Shown: positions 47,153-55,825 of the stretch, piece by piece
Layout: each line of letters begins with the position of its first letter
Position numbering within the stretch: position 1 is the first letter of the stretch
Origin: Turneriella parva
GTDB lineage: Bacteria; Spirochaetota; Leptospiria; Turneriellales; Turneriellaceae
DNA length: 64,000 nt
Reading direction: 5' to 3'
Assembly: GCA_020719945.1 (NCBI GenBank)
Contig: DYPL01000004.1
Coordinates: 12,927-76,926, forward strand
The notes under the pieces: generated by a model
Databases searched by the model: none
The model's input: the letters and a program-made list of their open reading frames with translations, nothing else
Told to the model about the DNA's origin: nothing
Program-made: the position numbers and the translations under genes

Positions 47153-49166
47153 CGGGAATAACCTCATCTCCGGGGCGAATTGAGTACAGGAGTTCTGCTC
47201 GTTGCGGTTTTGCCGTAGAAATATAGGAATCGCTTTCTAATTTTTCCATAACGGCTAATTCCTGTCCATTGCGCAGAATTTTGAACTGCTTAACCGAGAC
47301 AGGCAGATTTTTTGTACCAAGATTGACAGTGATATGCGTTGCTCCCACGCGGAATACCCGGCCAGTCCAGGGGATGGCAGGGATAAGTTTTTGTGCTGCG
47401 ATTTCTGTGGCACGCCGGAGATATCCACGACCTTCTGAAATGGCTTGGACGGTGGCGAGATTTTTTCCCGTAGACAGATCTTTCAGCTGGGCCTGTATTT
47501 CTACTCCATTTTGCCTGTATACATAACTGCCCGTAACTACAAACCGTAGAGGGTTTTCGTTTGCATGCTCCCGCTTGTGCCAGTTGCGCATAGCCGCCGC
47601 CGATGCAGGAGAGTAAAATCCTCCAATGCCAAGCTGCGGAATTTCTGCAAGCATGGCAATTGCCTTCGATTTTTCTTGGTCCGTTGCAGAAAAGAGATTT
47701 GGTTCCTGGTTGAGTCTTTCCGAAAGGCTATTTGCAATGCTTCTACCTGCATCTGGAATTTCGGGAATAGATTTGTCCGTAGTAAAATTGAAGACGTACA
47801 CAGGAGTTTTGCTTTGTTCCTGCAGGGGATTTTCAATTTTTTCGCGGTAAAACAGCCAGGATATTCTCGCATGCATCATCATTTCATATTGATCAGAATA
47901 GTTTTCTCCCGGATATTTTTTCCTGAGAATGTCGAGAACCTGGCCGTATTCAAAAAAGTTTTTTTCTGCCCTGTAATGATCCAATAGAATTTTCCAGAGT
48001 GCCTCGGATTCTGCTACCAGTCGGAGAGATTGTTTTGTCTCTTGAATACTTTGCGTATAAAAATTATTCCTTCGCAGGGAGCGTGCTTCCTCTGCGTGGT
48101 AATCTGCCGCAGATAGAAGATGCGGATGAAGAGTTCCCGCGTATTTTTCTGAGACTGCTTTTTCCCATGCATGCCGAAGGAGGTCATTGCCGGGATCCTG
48201 TTTGAGCAAGGCCGCGTAATCCTCTATGGCCTGAACTGGATTACAGTAACCACGGTAGTACAGTGCGGAAAAATGATCGGGATTAACATACAGGACACTT
48301 TCGAGATAGGGAATGGCTTCATCGCAGATATTTAATTGTGCGTACAGCTGCCCCAAAGCCAAATTGGCAGCGACATTCAAATTGTCATAATTTTTAGCGT
48401 TCAGCAGATGGTGGATGGTTTCTTCAAAATCGGAAGGTTGGGGAGGAGCCGCAAACACGCCGTCCGGGTGATCCAGCATTGTCTGTTCCAGAGAAATTTG
48501 TGAAAGTTTTACATAGGTTTCAGGAACTTCGGGGCGAATAAGCCTTGCTGTTTCAAAAGAATTTCGAGCTGAATTGTATTGTCTTCTTTTAAGAAGAAGC
48601 TCTCCACGCGCTAAATGAGAGGGATAGTGGTTTGGATGGAGTTTAAGGTTGTGATCGATTTTTTTCGATGCCAGAGAATATTGTTTGCGCTGTATATAGA
48701 GACGTGCCTGGAGGTAATTAAAGTCTGCATCGTATGCAGATAATTTTAGACCCTTTTCAATGTAATCCTTCGCTTTGTCTGCGCTTCCGGTTTCCAGATA
48801 CAAACGGGAGAGTTCGTAGAGAATTCCTCTGTTGCCTGGTTTTTTCTTTTCTGCCAAGAGCAGTAAGACTTCTGCTTCCTGAAACTGGCCTGTATTAATT
48901 AACAGGGCAGATAGCCTTTCTGTTGCGGGCAGATAATCTGGATTAGCGCCTATACTTTTCCTGTACTCTTCTATTGCTTCGAGAGTTTTATTTTCATCTT
49001 CTGCGAGTACTCCCCGCGTGAAATATTCTTCTGCTTTGGAAGCAGAGAGAAGTGGAGTTGTTAGAAAAAGAAAAAAGATTAAGGAATAAAATATCCGGTT
49101 TGTTCGCGTCCTTTTCTTCCCTGAAAATTGACTATGACTTCTATGTCCATGTACTGATGGTGCCAT
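47130..49166 (-). CDS. TPR-repeat protein with an unassigned C-terminal domain
   Basis: 678 aa. Hydrophobic N-terminus and multiple TPR units (AIEEYRKSIGANPDY and similar). The start is uncertain because it would overlap the upstream gene by 88 nt. Confidence 0.6.
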   Translation of the reverse strand: MAPSVHGHRSHSQFSGKKRTRTNRIFYSLIFFLFLTTPLLSASKAEEYFTRGVLAEDENKTLEAIEEYRKSIGANPDYLPATERLSALLINTGQFQEAEVLLLLAEKKKPGNRGILYELSRLYLETGSADKAKDYIEKGLKLSAYDADFNYLQARLYIQRKQYSLASKKIDHNLKLHPNHYPSHLARGELLLKRRQYNSARNSFETARLIRPEVPETYVKLSQISLEQTMLDHPDGVFAAPPQPSDFEETIHHLLNAKNYDNLNVAANLALGQLYAQLNICDEAIPYLESVLYVNPDHFSALYYRGYCNPVQAIEDYAALLKQDPGNDLLRHAWEKAVSEKYAGTLHPHLLSAADYHAEEARSLRRNNFYTQSIQETKQSLRLVAESEALWKILLDHYRAEKNFFEYGQVLDILRKKYPGENYSDQYEMMMHARISWLFYREKIENPLQEQSKTPVYVFNFTTDKSIPEIPDAGRSIANSLSERLNQEPNLFSATDQEKSKAIAMLAEIPQLGIGGFYSPASAAAMRNWHKREHANENPLRFVVTGSYVYRQNGVEIQAQLKDLSTGKNLATVQAISEGRGYLRRATEIAAQKLIPAIPWTGRVFRVGATHITVNLGTKNLPVSVKQFKILRNGQELAVMEKLESDSYISTAKPQRAELLYSIRPGDEVIPVIPEGGK

Positions 49167-51121
49167 TCCTTTTTTCCTCCGCTTGCGTAATTGAGGAGAT
49201 ACCTGACCTCCCTCTGGTTTCTGAGAACTTCTGCAAATCCATCGAGCCCATCGAACGCTCTGTAATATTTTCCTCCGGTTTCTTCTGCAAGGGTTTGAGC
49301 TTCTCCCGCGTTCTGAACATCCGGATTTTCATAGTTGATAATGTGGATGGGAATATGATTCGCTTTTGCGTAACGGGCAATTCTGTCCGCCGAAAGTTCT
49401 GTGAATGAATTTGCTGTGTCTCCTTCTGTAATGAGTACGACAGATCTTTTTCCGGACATGGTGAGCAAAGTCGTAATGCTCTGGTAAAGGGCTTCGTCGA
49501 GAGCAGGGGATCCCTGCATGCTGTAATCAGATTTATCTGCGCGCCTTGCGGCTTCAAGAATGCGAAGACGGGAAGAAGTAAACTCTGTATCCTGCCGGTA
49601 TTCGTTAGAGTAACTGTCCAGTCGGAGCCGATCCTTTTCGCGAATGTCTTTTAGAAAAAAATCCAGTGTCCAGGGGAGCGTCTCAAGAAACGGTTCCATA
49701 CCGGCTGATCGTGAAAGAAGAATGATGACAGTATTCTGTTCCTGGTATGGTTGCAGATTGTCCGTATTGAGCCAGTCCGTATGAGAACCGTTTTCGTTTA
49801 GGAGAAAGTTTTCAGCAGAGAGATTGGTAATGTAGTTTCCTTGGTCGTCGCGCACGGTAACGTATAAGCCCAGGTTTGGAAAACTGTCCGAGATAATGCG
49901 CTCCACATACACATCATAATTGCTGTAGAGTTGTTTTTCGGGAACAAAGCGGAGAACCGAATGTGCTGTAAAATCTGCTGCATAAAGATTTCCGTACTGA
50001 TCTAAGGCCGCGCTGTAGGCTCGTTTAAATTCTTGGTCGTTTTCTCCCACTGTAAAGTTTTTGAGAAACTGAGAATATCCGGAAGCAGTATCCAGCGTGA
50101 TAATACCATTATGTTCATCTGCTATAATTATTTCTGTCTCTGTTTTTCCAGAAGATAAATGTCTTGGTTTAGAAAGAATTCCATCGCCATGGTAAGCAAT
50201 AAAGTTTCCGTATCTATCGTACTCGGCAAGCCTGCCCTGCTCTGGAATGGACACATAGATGGAGTTTTTTTGGCACAGCAGGCCAAATGGCCGAACGAGT
50301 TCCATAGAGTCAGCTACTTCTCTGGTTTCGCGGACTATCGCTCCTGAATCATCGAGAAAGACAATGCGGTTGTTGCCGGAATCTGCTACGGCGAATGTAT
50401 TTTCAAATCGGCAAATGCCGGCAGGGCCGCGCAGGCCGGGTTTCAGAGTTTTTTCGGAGCGAACAAATCCATCGAGAGAAGAGATGCGAAGCCGGTGTAT
50501 GGAGTCGCTTTCAAAGTCGGTAATCCAGAGACTGTCTTCCCATTGTGCTGCCCCCATGGGCATCCGCAGCGGTCCGTTGATGCGGCGGACAATTTTTTTG
50601 TAGGAGCCTCCGGGGGTTAGAGTAATCAAGGCGGGACCTGCTTCTTTTCCCGTTGTCAGAAAAAAGAGAGAATTGTCTGTTAGCATTCCGGTAAATACGG
50701 GGAAGGAAAAGCGAAACCCCCGCTGTTGGGGCAATGCCGATTGAAAATGCCAGTCCAGGCCTTCCGTTCCGAGAGTAATGGATTGCAGGTTTTGGAGATG
50801 CAGGGAAAGAGGAAGGTCGAGAGATCCTTGGGAAAGCGCCAGGCTCCATTCGTTAATGGCTTCCTCTGTCTGACCGGTGAAGTAAAGAGCCTGCCCAAGA
50901 GTGCGCCGCGCCTGAACAAAATCCGGGTTCTCTGCCAGAGATTCACGAAAGATGTCTATGGAAGCGTCGAATTTTCCGGCGCTATACAACAGAAGGCCTC
51001 TGCGGAAAAGATCCTCTGCACGGGTTTCTTGGACGCTGATAGCGGGCGAAAGAAAAGCAAAGGCCAGCCCGGCACCAGAAAGAAAAATCAGAATGGCTAA
51101 ATGTTTACGGGAAAAGCGCAT
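49079..51121 (-). CDS. TPR - NHL-repeat beta-propeller - vWA-like domain protein
   Basis: Start taken at MRFSRKHLAILIFLSGAGLAFA (51121). TPR region, then NHL-like repeats (NNRIVFLDDSG, LYAADFTAHSVLRF). The C-terminal vWA-like fold (VVLITEGD) has a degenerate MIDAS motif (LLSRSAGM). Confidence 0.65.
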   Translation of the reverse strand: MRFSRKHLAILIFLSGAGLAFAFLSPAISVQETRAEDLFRRGLLLYSAGKFDASIDIFRESLAENPDFVQARRTLGQALYFTGQTEEAINEWSLALSQGSLDLPLSLHLQNLQSITLGTEGLDWHFQSALPQQRGFRFSFPVFTGMLTDNSLFFLTTGKEAGPALITLTPGGSYKKIVRRINGPLRMPMGAAQWEDSLWITDFESDSIHRLRISSLDGFVRSEKTLKPGLRGPAGICRFENTFAVADSGNNRIVFLDDSGAIVRETREVADSMELVRPFGLLCQKNSIYVSIPEQGRLAEYDRYGNFIAYHGDGILSKPRHLSSGKTETEIIIADEHNGIITLDTASGYSQFLKNFTVGENDQEFKRAYSAALDQYGNLYAADFTAHSVLRFVPEKQLYSNYDVYVERIISDSFPNLGLYVTVRDDQGNYITNLSAENFLLNENGSHTDWLNTDNLQPYQEQNTVIILLSRSAGMEPFLETLPWTLDFFLKDIREKDRLRLDSYSNEYRQDTEFTSSRLRILEAARRADKSDYSMQGSPALDEALYQSITTLLTMSGKRSVVLITEGDTANSFTELSADRIARYAKANHIPIHIINYENPDVQNAGEAQTLAEETGGKYYRAFDGLDGFAEVLRNQREVRYLLNYASGGKKEWHHQYMDIEVIVNFQGRKGREQTGYFIP

Positions 51122-51352
51122 AATTATAAAGAGACATAATCCCAAGACTATGGGAGAATTGATTTTACTGTTGTCAACTGGTTTTCGTTTCTGTTCTGTG
51201 TAAAATATAGGGTGAAACGGAATCAGTCTCGACTTATCGTCGAGAGGCTGAACCTGTTGCCGGAGGATATGGTTTGGCAGCCGTAAGTGAAGATAGTTCT
51301 ATAATAGGACCCGTTCGTTAAGCGCAATTGTGATCATTGAGGAAACAAGAAA

Positions 51353-52432
51353 ATGCGGAAAATCATTGTCATGCTTGTAATACTATTCTCTGCCTGTTCT
51401 CCAGGCAGAACTCCAGAGCACGTCCCTCCGATCTCTGAATGGATGGGCAGCGGCGCAGGATACAAAAAAGCAGAAACCCCGGTTCCGTTTGTGTTTCCGC
51501 GCGATCACGGTCCACACCCCGAATACGAATCCGAGTGGTGGTATTTTACGGGAAATTTGAAAACAACGGAAGGCGAAGAACTTGGCTACCAGTTTACCGT
51601 GTTCAGACGGGCCTGGCAAAAAGATGAGCAAAATATATGGAACAGCCCCGATGTCTACATGTCTCATTTGGCTGTCAGCAATGCCAAAACTAAAAAGCAT
51701 TATTCGGCGCACGCCATTTCACGGGCCATGCCTGGAATAGCAGAGGCCGGAACAAATCCCGTGCGGTTTAAGGCCGGGAGCGCCGTGGCCGTTGCAGAGG
51801 GAAACGATTTTTTTCCCATGAGACTTAAAGGCAGTGGAGAAGCATTCTCTATTGATTTGTCTTTGTCGCAGGGGCGACTTCTATTGCACGGCGATCGCGG
51901 TCTTTCCGAAAAAACCCCCGGCCATGCATCCTATTATTATTCCTTTGTGCGCATTCCCGTTCAGGGGCAAATTACCATAGAGGGTCGCGAATACAATGTA
52001 AGTGGAACGGGATGGTTTGATCATGAATATTTTTCCGGAGGAATTGGCACCACGGGAACCGGCTGGGACTGGTTTGCTATACAGCAAAACGACACCGCCT
52101 TGATGGTGTTCCGGGTAAGATCGCCGCAGGGGAATTCCATGGCGGGGACGTACCTTTCCCGCGATAATGAGCAAACTATGTTGTCTGGCAAAGATATTGT
52201 GCTGACCGAAAAAGCTTACGCGGAAATCGCAACGCGGCGCTATCCAACTTCCTGGAATATCCAAATTCCACGACTTGGCCTGCAATTGGAGACCGAGGCC
52301 CTGTTTGCGGATCAGGAAATGAATGTCGGAATTCAGTATTGGGAAGGAATGATTCGCATTCGTGAGTACGGCCAAAAGGACTGGTCTGGTCGTGGGTATC
52401 TGGAAATGACCGGTTACGGAGGATCCCATTAA
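51353..52432 (+). CDS. AttH / CrtC-like (hydroxyneurosporene synthase family, lipocalin-like) lipoprotein
   Basis: 359 aa. Lipobox LFSACS, and FPRDHGPHPEYESEWWYFTGNL, characteristic of the AttH/CrtC family. Confidence 0.65.
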   Translation: MRKIIVMLVILFSACSPGRTPEHVPPISEWMGSGAGYKKAETPVPFVFPRDHGPHPEYESEWWYFTGNLKTTEGEELGYQFTVFRRAWQKDEQNIWNSPDVYMSHLAVSNAKTKKHYSAHAISRAMPGIAEAGTNPVRFKAGSAVAVAEGNDFFPMRLKGSGEAFSIDLSLSQGRLLLHGDRGLSEKTPGHASYYYSFVRIPVQGQITIEGREYNVSGTGWFDHEYFSGGIGTTGTGWDWFAIQQNDTALMVFRVRSPQGNSMAGTYLSRDNEQTMLSGKDIVLTEKAYAEIATRRYPTSWNIQIPRLGLQLETEALFADQEMNVGIQYWEGMIRIREYGQKDWSGRGYLEMTGYGGSH

Positions 52433-52529
52433 TATTTTTCAAGTTTACAGGGGTCAGTATGCGCTGGCTCCCGACGGATCTTTTCGCAGCGATCCGTGGT
52501 TTGTTGTCGGCGGCTCGGAAGTTCTTGAG

Positions 52530-53576
52530 ATGGGATTTGGAAAGCCGCCGTCCGGGTTTTCTTCGCTGGTTCTCGAAGAAGGTGTTCTCGTTCCTGCAAT
52601 GGTGAATTCTCACACCCACATTGAATTGTCTTGGATGAAGGGTTTGCTTAAGGGCGGCCACGGCGTTCACGATATGGCCAAAGAAATGAGAGGGTTGCAA
52701 CCTCCTTCTGCCGCAGAAAAACGACGGCTTGCGCTCTCTGCCTTAAAAGAGGCGCGATCGCAGGGTACCTGGTTTTATACAGATACATCCAACGATCCTG
52801 ATTTCCCCGGGTTTTTGCGCGATTCGGTTTACTTTGAGGGCAAAAACTATTTTGAAATACTGGGCTTCTCTTCAGAGCGTTCTGCGGAGCGCATTGCGGC
52901 AGCGGGCAAAATTATGAAAGAGGACAATTTTTTGCTGCCCACCATCCACTCTCCCTACGGAAGTTCTCCATCCATTATGAAGTTTGTGCGCGAACACGAA
53001 AGAGACAATTCTATTTCCATACATCTTTTTGAAGCTTCGGAAGAATCCATGCTTCCGATGGAGCGGGGCAGGACATATCGCTTTTTGCAGGAAATTGGGC
53101 AGTACGAAAGGCACGATGAAATGTTTCAAAAGCCACTGCTCGATTATTTATTTGAACAGGGCATGCTTTCCTTTAAAAAAATTCTGCTGGCTCATTTGAC
53201 CTATGCAGGCGTTTCAGAAATTGAGCTTTTGAGCAAGCACATTCCCCATGCTGCGTGGGTATTGACACAGCGTTCAAACGAATTTTTAGGGCAGAACAGG
53301 AAAAACTGGAATGAACTGTTGAATTCCCCGCTAACGCTGCTGCTTGGTACGGATTCGCTGGCAACAGCTCCCGATTTATCTATCCTGAATGAAATGCTGC
53401 GTATTCGCGAAAGAGATTTTATCAGCAAAGAGAGGCTGTGGAAGGCGGCTACTTACGACGCGTACAATTATCTTGAAATTCATCCTTCCAGAATTCCTTG
53501 GTTTTTCTTTGCCGGAGCTAAACCAGATTTGTCTTCTATGGAGGCAGCAGAAAAAATATTTGTTCTCCGCGATTGA
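52530..53576 (+). CDS. Amidohydrolase-superfamily protein (chlorohydrolase/deaminase-like); the true start is probably upstream at a non-canonical codon
   Basis: Metal-binding VNSHTHIE. Coordinates are from the first ATG. The same frame is open from 52410 and encodes a plausible N-terminal beta-sandwich segment. Confidence 0.7.
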   Translation: MGFGKPPSGFSSLVLEEGVLVPAMVNSHTHIELSWMKGLLKGGHGVHDMAKEMRGLQPPSAAEKRRLALSALKEARSQGTWFYTDTSNDPDFPGFLRDSVYFEGKNYFEILGFSSERSAERIAAAGKIMKEDNFLLPTIHSPYGSSPSIMKFVREHERDNSISIHLFEASEESMLPMERGRTYRFLQEIGQYERHDEMFQKPLLDYLFEQGMLSFKKILLAHLTYAGVSEIELLSKHIPHAAWVLTQRSNEFLGQNRKNWNELLNSPLTLLLGTDSLATAPDLSILNEMLRIRERDFISKERLWKAATYDAYNYLEIHPSRIPWFFFAGAKPDLSSMEAAEKIFVLRD

Positions 53577-53588
53577 TTCCGTAAAAGA

Positions 53589-53631
53589 ACTTACACCAGC
53601 CGAGCAGTCTTTTTGCTCGTCTGGTGTAAGT
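53589..53631. terminator. Long hairpin between convergent genes (likely a bidirectional terminator)
   Basis: ACTTACACCAG...CTGGTGTAAGT (11 bp) with an inner CGAGC/GCTCG stem. U-rich flank on the minus-strand side. Confidence 0.6.
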
Positions 53632-53662
53632 TGAAGAAGGAGTTTTCAGCAGCTTCGACTAC

Positions 53663-53980
53663 TTATTCTTCTTCTCCTTTTTCATCGTCCATTTCTACAG
53701 GTTGTTTACATTTTTGTCCTTTGCATATTGGGCGATCATCCCTCATTTTGTCGCGCATTTCATTTCTTTTTTTGTCGGATTCTTCTTTGGTGATTTTACC
53801 GTCGTTATTGGCGTCCATCTCTTTGTAGCGCTCTGCGTGGAAGGCATCCCATTCTGCACGGGTGACCTCTTTATTTTTGTCTTTGTCCATGGCTTCGAGG
53901 AAGTTGTATCCCCTTGGCGGTACGGCACTGAGTGCTCCTATCAGGGCGGCGAGTGCGATCACGGGTATTGTTTTTTTCAT
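53663..53980 (-). CDS. Secreted EF-hand calcium-binding protein
   Basis: 105 aa. Signal peptide and two EF-hand loops, DKDKNKEVTRAE and DANNDGKITKEE. Confidence 0.7.
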   Translation of the reverse strand: MKKTIPVIALAALIGALSAVPPRGYNFLEAMDKDKNKEVTRAEWDAFHAERYKEMDANNDGKITKEESDKKRNEMRDKMRDDRPICKGQKCKQPVEMDDEKGEEE

Positions 53981-54062
53981 TTAAAAGCTCCTTTCTGCGG
54001 TGCAGATGCATATTAGACCTTTCCTGTTCAGAAAGGTTTCATTTTTTTTTCTTAAGTAAACT

Positions 54063-54147
54063 CTGAAAAAGTTCATCCTTGGACTTTTTGCCTGCGGCTT
54101 GCTACGCATTTACCCTACGGGCACAGGCAGATCGCAAAACACGGGGG
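54063..54147 (+). repeat. Interspersed intergenic repeat R1, copy C
   Basis: CTGAAAAAGTTCATCCTTGGACTTTTTGCCTGCGGCTTGCTACGCATTTACCCTACGGGCACAGGCAGATCGCAAAACACGGGGG. One mismatch against copy A over the 51-nt core compared. About 8 mismatches against copy B over 85 nt. Confidence 0.85.
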
Positions 54148-54348
54148 CGAAAACTTTGACATCTATCAACTTCGGCCACGGACGCCGCTCGCGAAGCGGG
54201 GCTTTAGCCCCGAGCTGCCATTCGCGCAGAACTTGCCCTGACACGTAGTGGACGAAGTTGCTAAGTTTAGCCTGTCGAAGGGTCGAAGTGTCCATGTACC
54301 GGAAGTAAGCTCGTACGCGAAGCGAGCCGAAGCTTTATCAGAGCTTAC

Positions 54349-55602
54349 TTAAAACCGAAAACTGTAAGAGAATACGGACTGGTCGGGGCTGATGGCAAAT
54401 GAAATTTTTTCCCAGCCCTGGAGATGCTGGTACAGAGCGAAAAGCGAAAAGCCGCCAAAAACGAACGTGCCAATCCCTGCACCCGTAGCGAGATTTTGGT
54501 AGAATGTGTAATCGTTTTGTGCTGCCGCCGTGCTCTGGCCCCGCGACTCTGCCAGTGAGATTTCTTCGGATGCGAGCTCCATCGCAACAAGTGACCAGGC
54601 CGTGGTGCCTGCTCCAATGGCCGTGAGGATGAGCCCCGCCTGGTAGGAACGTTCCCACGTGAACACGGGTGAGTTCTGCTTTTCTGGTGGGCGAAGTTTA
54701 GCATTGAGTTTCATTGTTTCGTCAGAGCGAATGACAATGTCAGAAAGTTTGTCGCTGTAGCCTTCTTTTTGCCATCGGATGCGGTGGAATCCCGGCTCTA
54801 TGTTTTCTATGGTGACCGGTGTTGTACCAGCGTATTCGTGCCCTCTGAAAACGCTCGCGCCCGGGGGATTAGAGGTGACATATAGTTTGGCGTTTCCCTG
54901 AATCGGTTTCAGAGAGGCGTTAATTGTAGTGGTTGTATTGCTTTGCAGCGTAACGCGCAGGTTTTCCTGCTGGTATCCGGTTTTTCTCACAGTGAAGGAT
55001 TGTTCGCCAGCAGGAAGCGTTATGGTGAGCGGTGTTCTGCCGAGGTAGTGGCCCCCCAGATACACGGATGCTTCTGGTACAGATTCAATTTGCGCGCGGC
55101 CAGATGGCCCGGAAAGAATAAGCTTTACAAGCTCCGTTCCTTCCCTTGCAATCCGCTCAGTGCTTTGATTTTGCCCACGCCATAAAATAAGTCTTTTATT
55201 GTTCTCTTTTAATTCAATCTCCAGAGTAACCATCTCTCCGCTTTTTTGCACCGCTGAATGCAGAGAATAATCCGGCAGGGGATCTGCATTCGCTTTTTCC
55301 TGGACAACGATTAGCGGAAAAACTTTTCCTTTTGAATCAGTCTGGGGCGGGTAGGGGTCTTCTTTAGTGTTGTTTTCGGTGTATTCAATTTTGATCGGGA
55401 CCGGATTGTTTATATACACAGTCATTTGAGTAGAGAGAAAGTCGTACAAATATGCATTTACCTGGGCCGCCTCGCTTTGCGCTCTGTAGTCGTACAGGGT
55501 GGACTGAATCTGCAGCGTGTATTCCTGTTTGTATTGAACGCTGTCCTGTGCAGATATTTTTCCCGCGAGTAATGTGAGCAGTACGAGAGTTCGGACTTTC
55601 AT
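54349..55602 (-). CDS. PEGA-domain protein with C-terminal membrane segments
   Basis: 417 aa. Signal peptide, two PEGA-like modules (SVYLGGHYLGRTPLTITLPAGEQSFTVRKTGY and SVFRGHEYAGTTPVTIENIEPGFHRIRWQKEGY), and a hydrophobic C-terminus. Confidence 0.7.
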   Translation of the reverse strand: MKVRTLVLLTLLAGKISAQDSVQYKQEYTLQIQSTLYDYRAQSEAAQVNAYLYDFLSTQMTVYINNPVPIKIEYTENNTKEDPYPPQTDSKGKVFPLIVVQEKANADPLPDYSLHSAVQKSGEMVTLEIELKENNKRLILWRGQNQSTERIAREGTELVKLILSGPSGRAQIESVPEASVYLGGHYLGRTPLTITLPAGEQSFTVRKTGYQQENLRVTLQSNTTTTINASLKPIQGNAKLYVTSNPPGASVFRGHEYAGTTPVTIENIEPGFHRIRWQKEGYSDKLSDIVIRSDETMKLNAKLRPPEKQNSPVFTWERSYQAGLILTAIGAGTTAWSLVAMELASEEISLAESRGQSTAAAQNDYTFYQNLATGAGIGTFVFGGFSLFALYQHLQGWEKISFAISPDQSVFSYSFRF

Positions 55603-55744
55603 ACTTTCCTGCTGTTTTTTTCTTTTGAAGCGGTCAAGGTCTTTTGTTTTTTGGGGTAGCTGGTTTTTTCCCCTGAACGGATAGCGAACTGTTAAACGGG
55701 CAACTGTTCTATAACCAATCGTTCATGCCCGACTAAAAAGTACA

Positions 55745-55788
55745 ATAGATCGGTAGCCACCTTTGGCGAGAAAATAATCCCTGCCGGC
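55745..55788 (+). repeat. Repeat word family R2, copy upstream of ppk1
   Basis: ATAGATCGGTAGCCACCTTTGGCGAGAAAATAATCCCTGCCGGC. The 3' 33 nt match 15522-15554 at 27/33 positions. The 5' part resembles 12802-12830 and 59232-59246. Confidence 0.5.
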
Positions 55789-55825
55789 GGGAAAATCCCC
55801 GCGCGCAGCGCCACCCCCGCATTTC

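Noticed and set aside
51190-51330. Possible riboswitch (TPP- or cobalamin-like words GGTGAAA, GAACCTG) in the 207-nt divergent spacer upstream of the AttH-like gene
   Set aside because: Two adjacent hairpins are present (51227-51245 and 51246-51282). The diagnostic cores (CTGAGA...ACCTGATCTGG for TPP; the GCCACTG B12 box) are absent. The downstream gene is not a typical riboswitch target, so I treat this as ordinary promoter or leader structure pending an Infernal scan.
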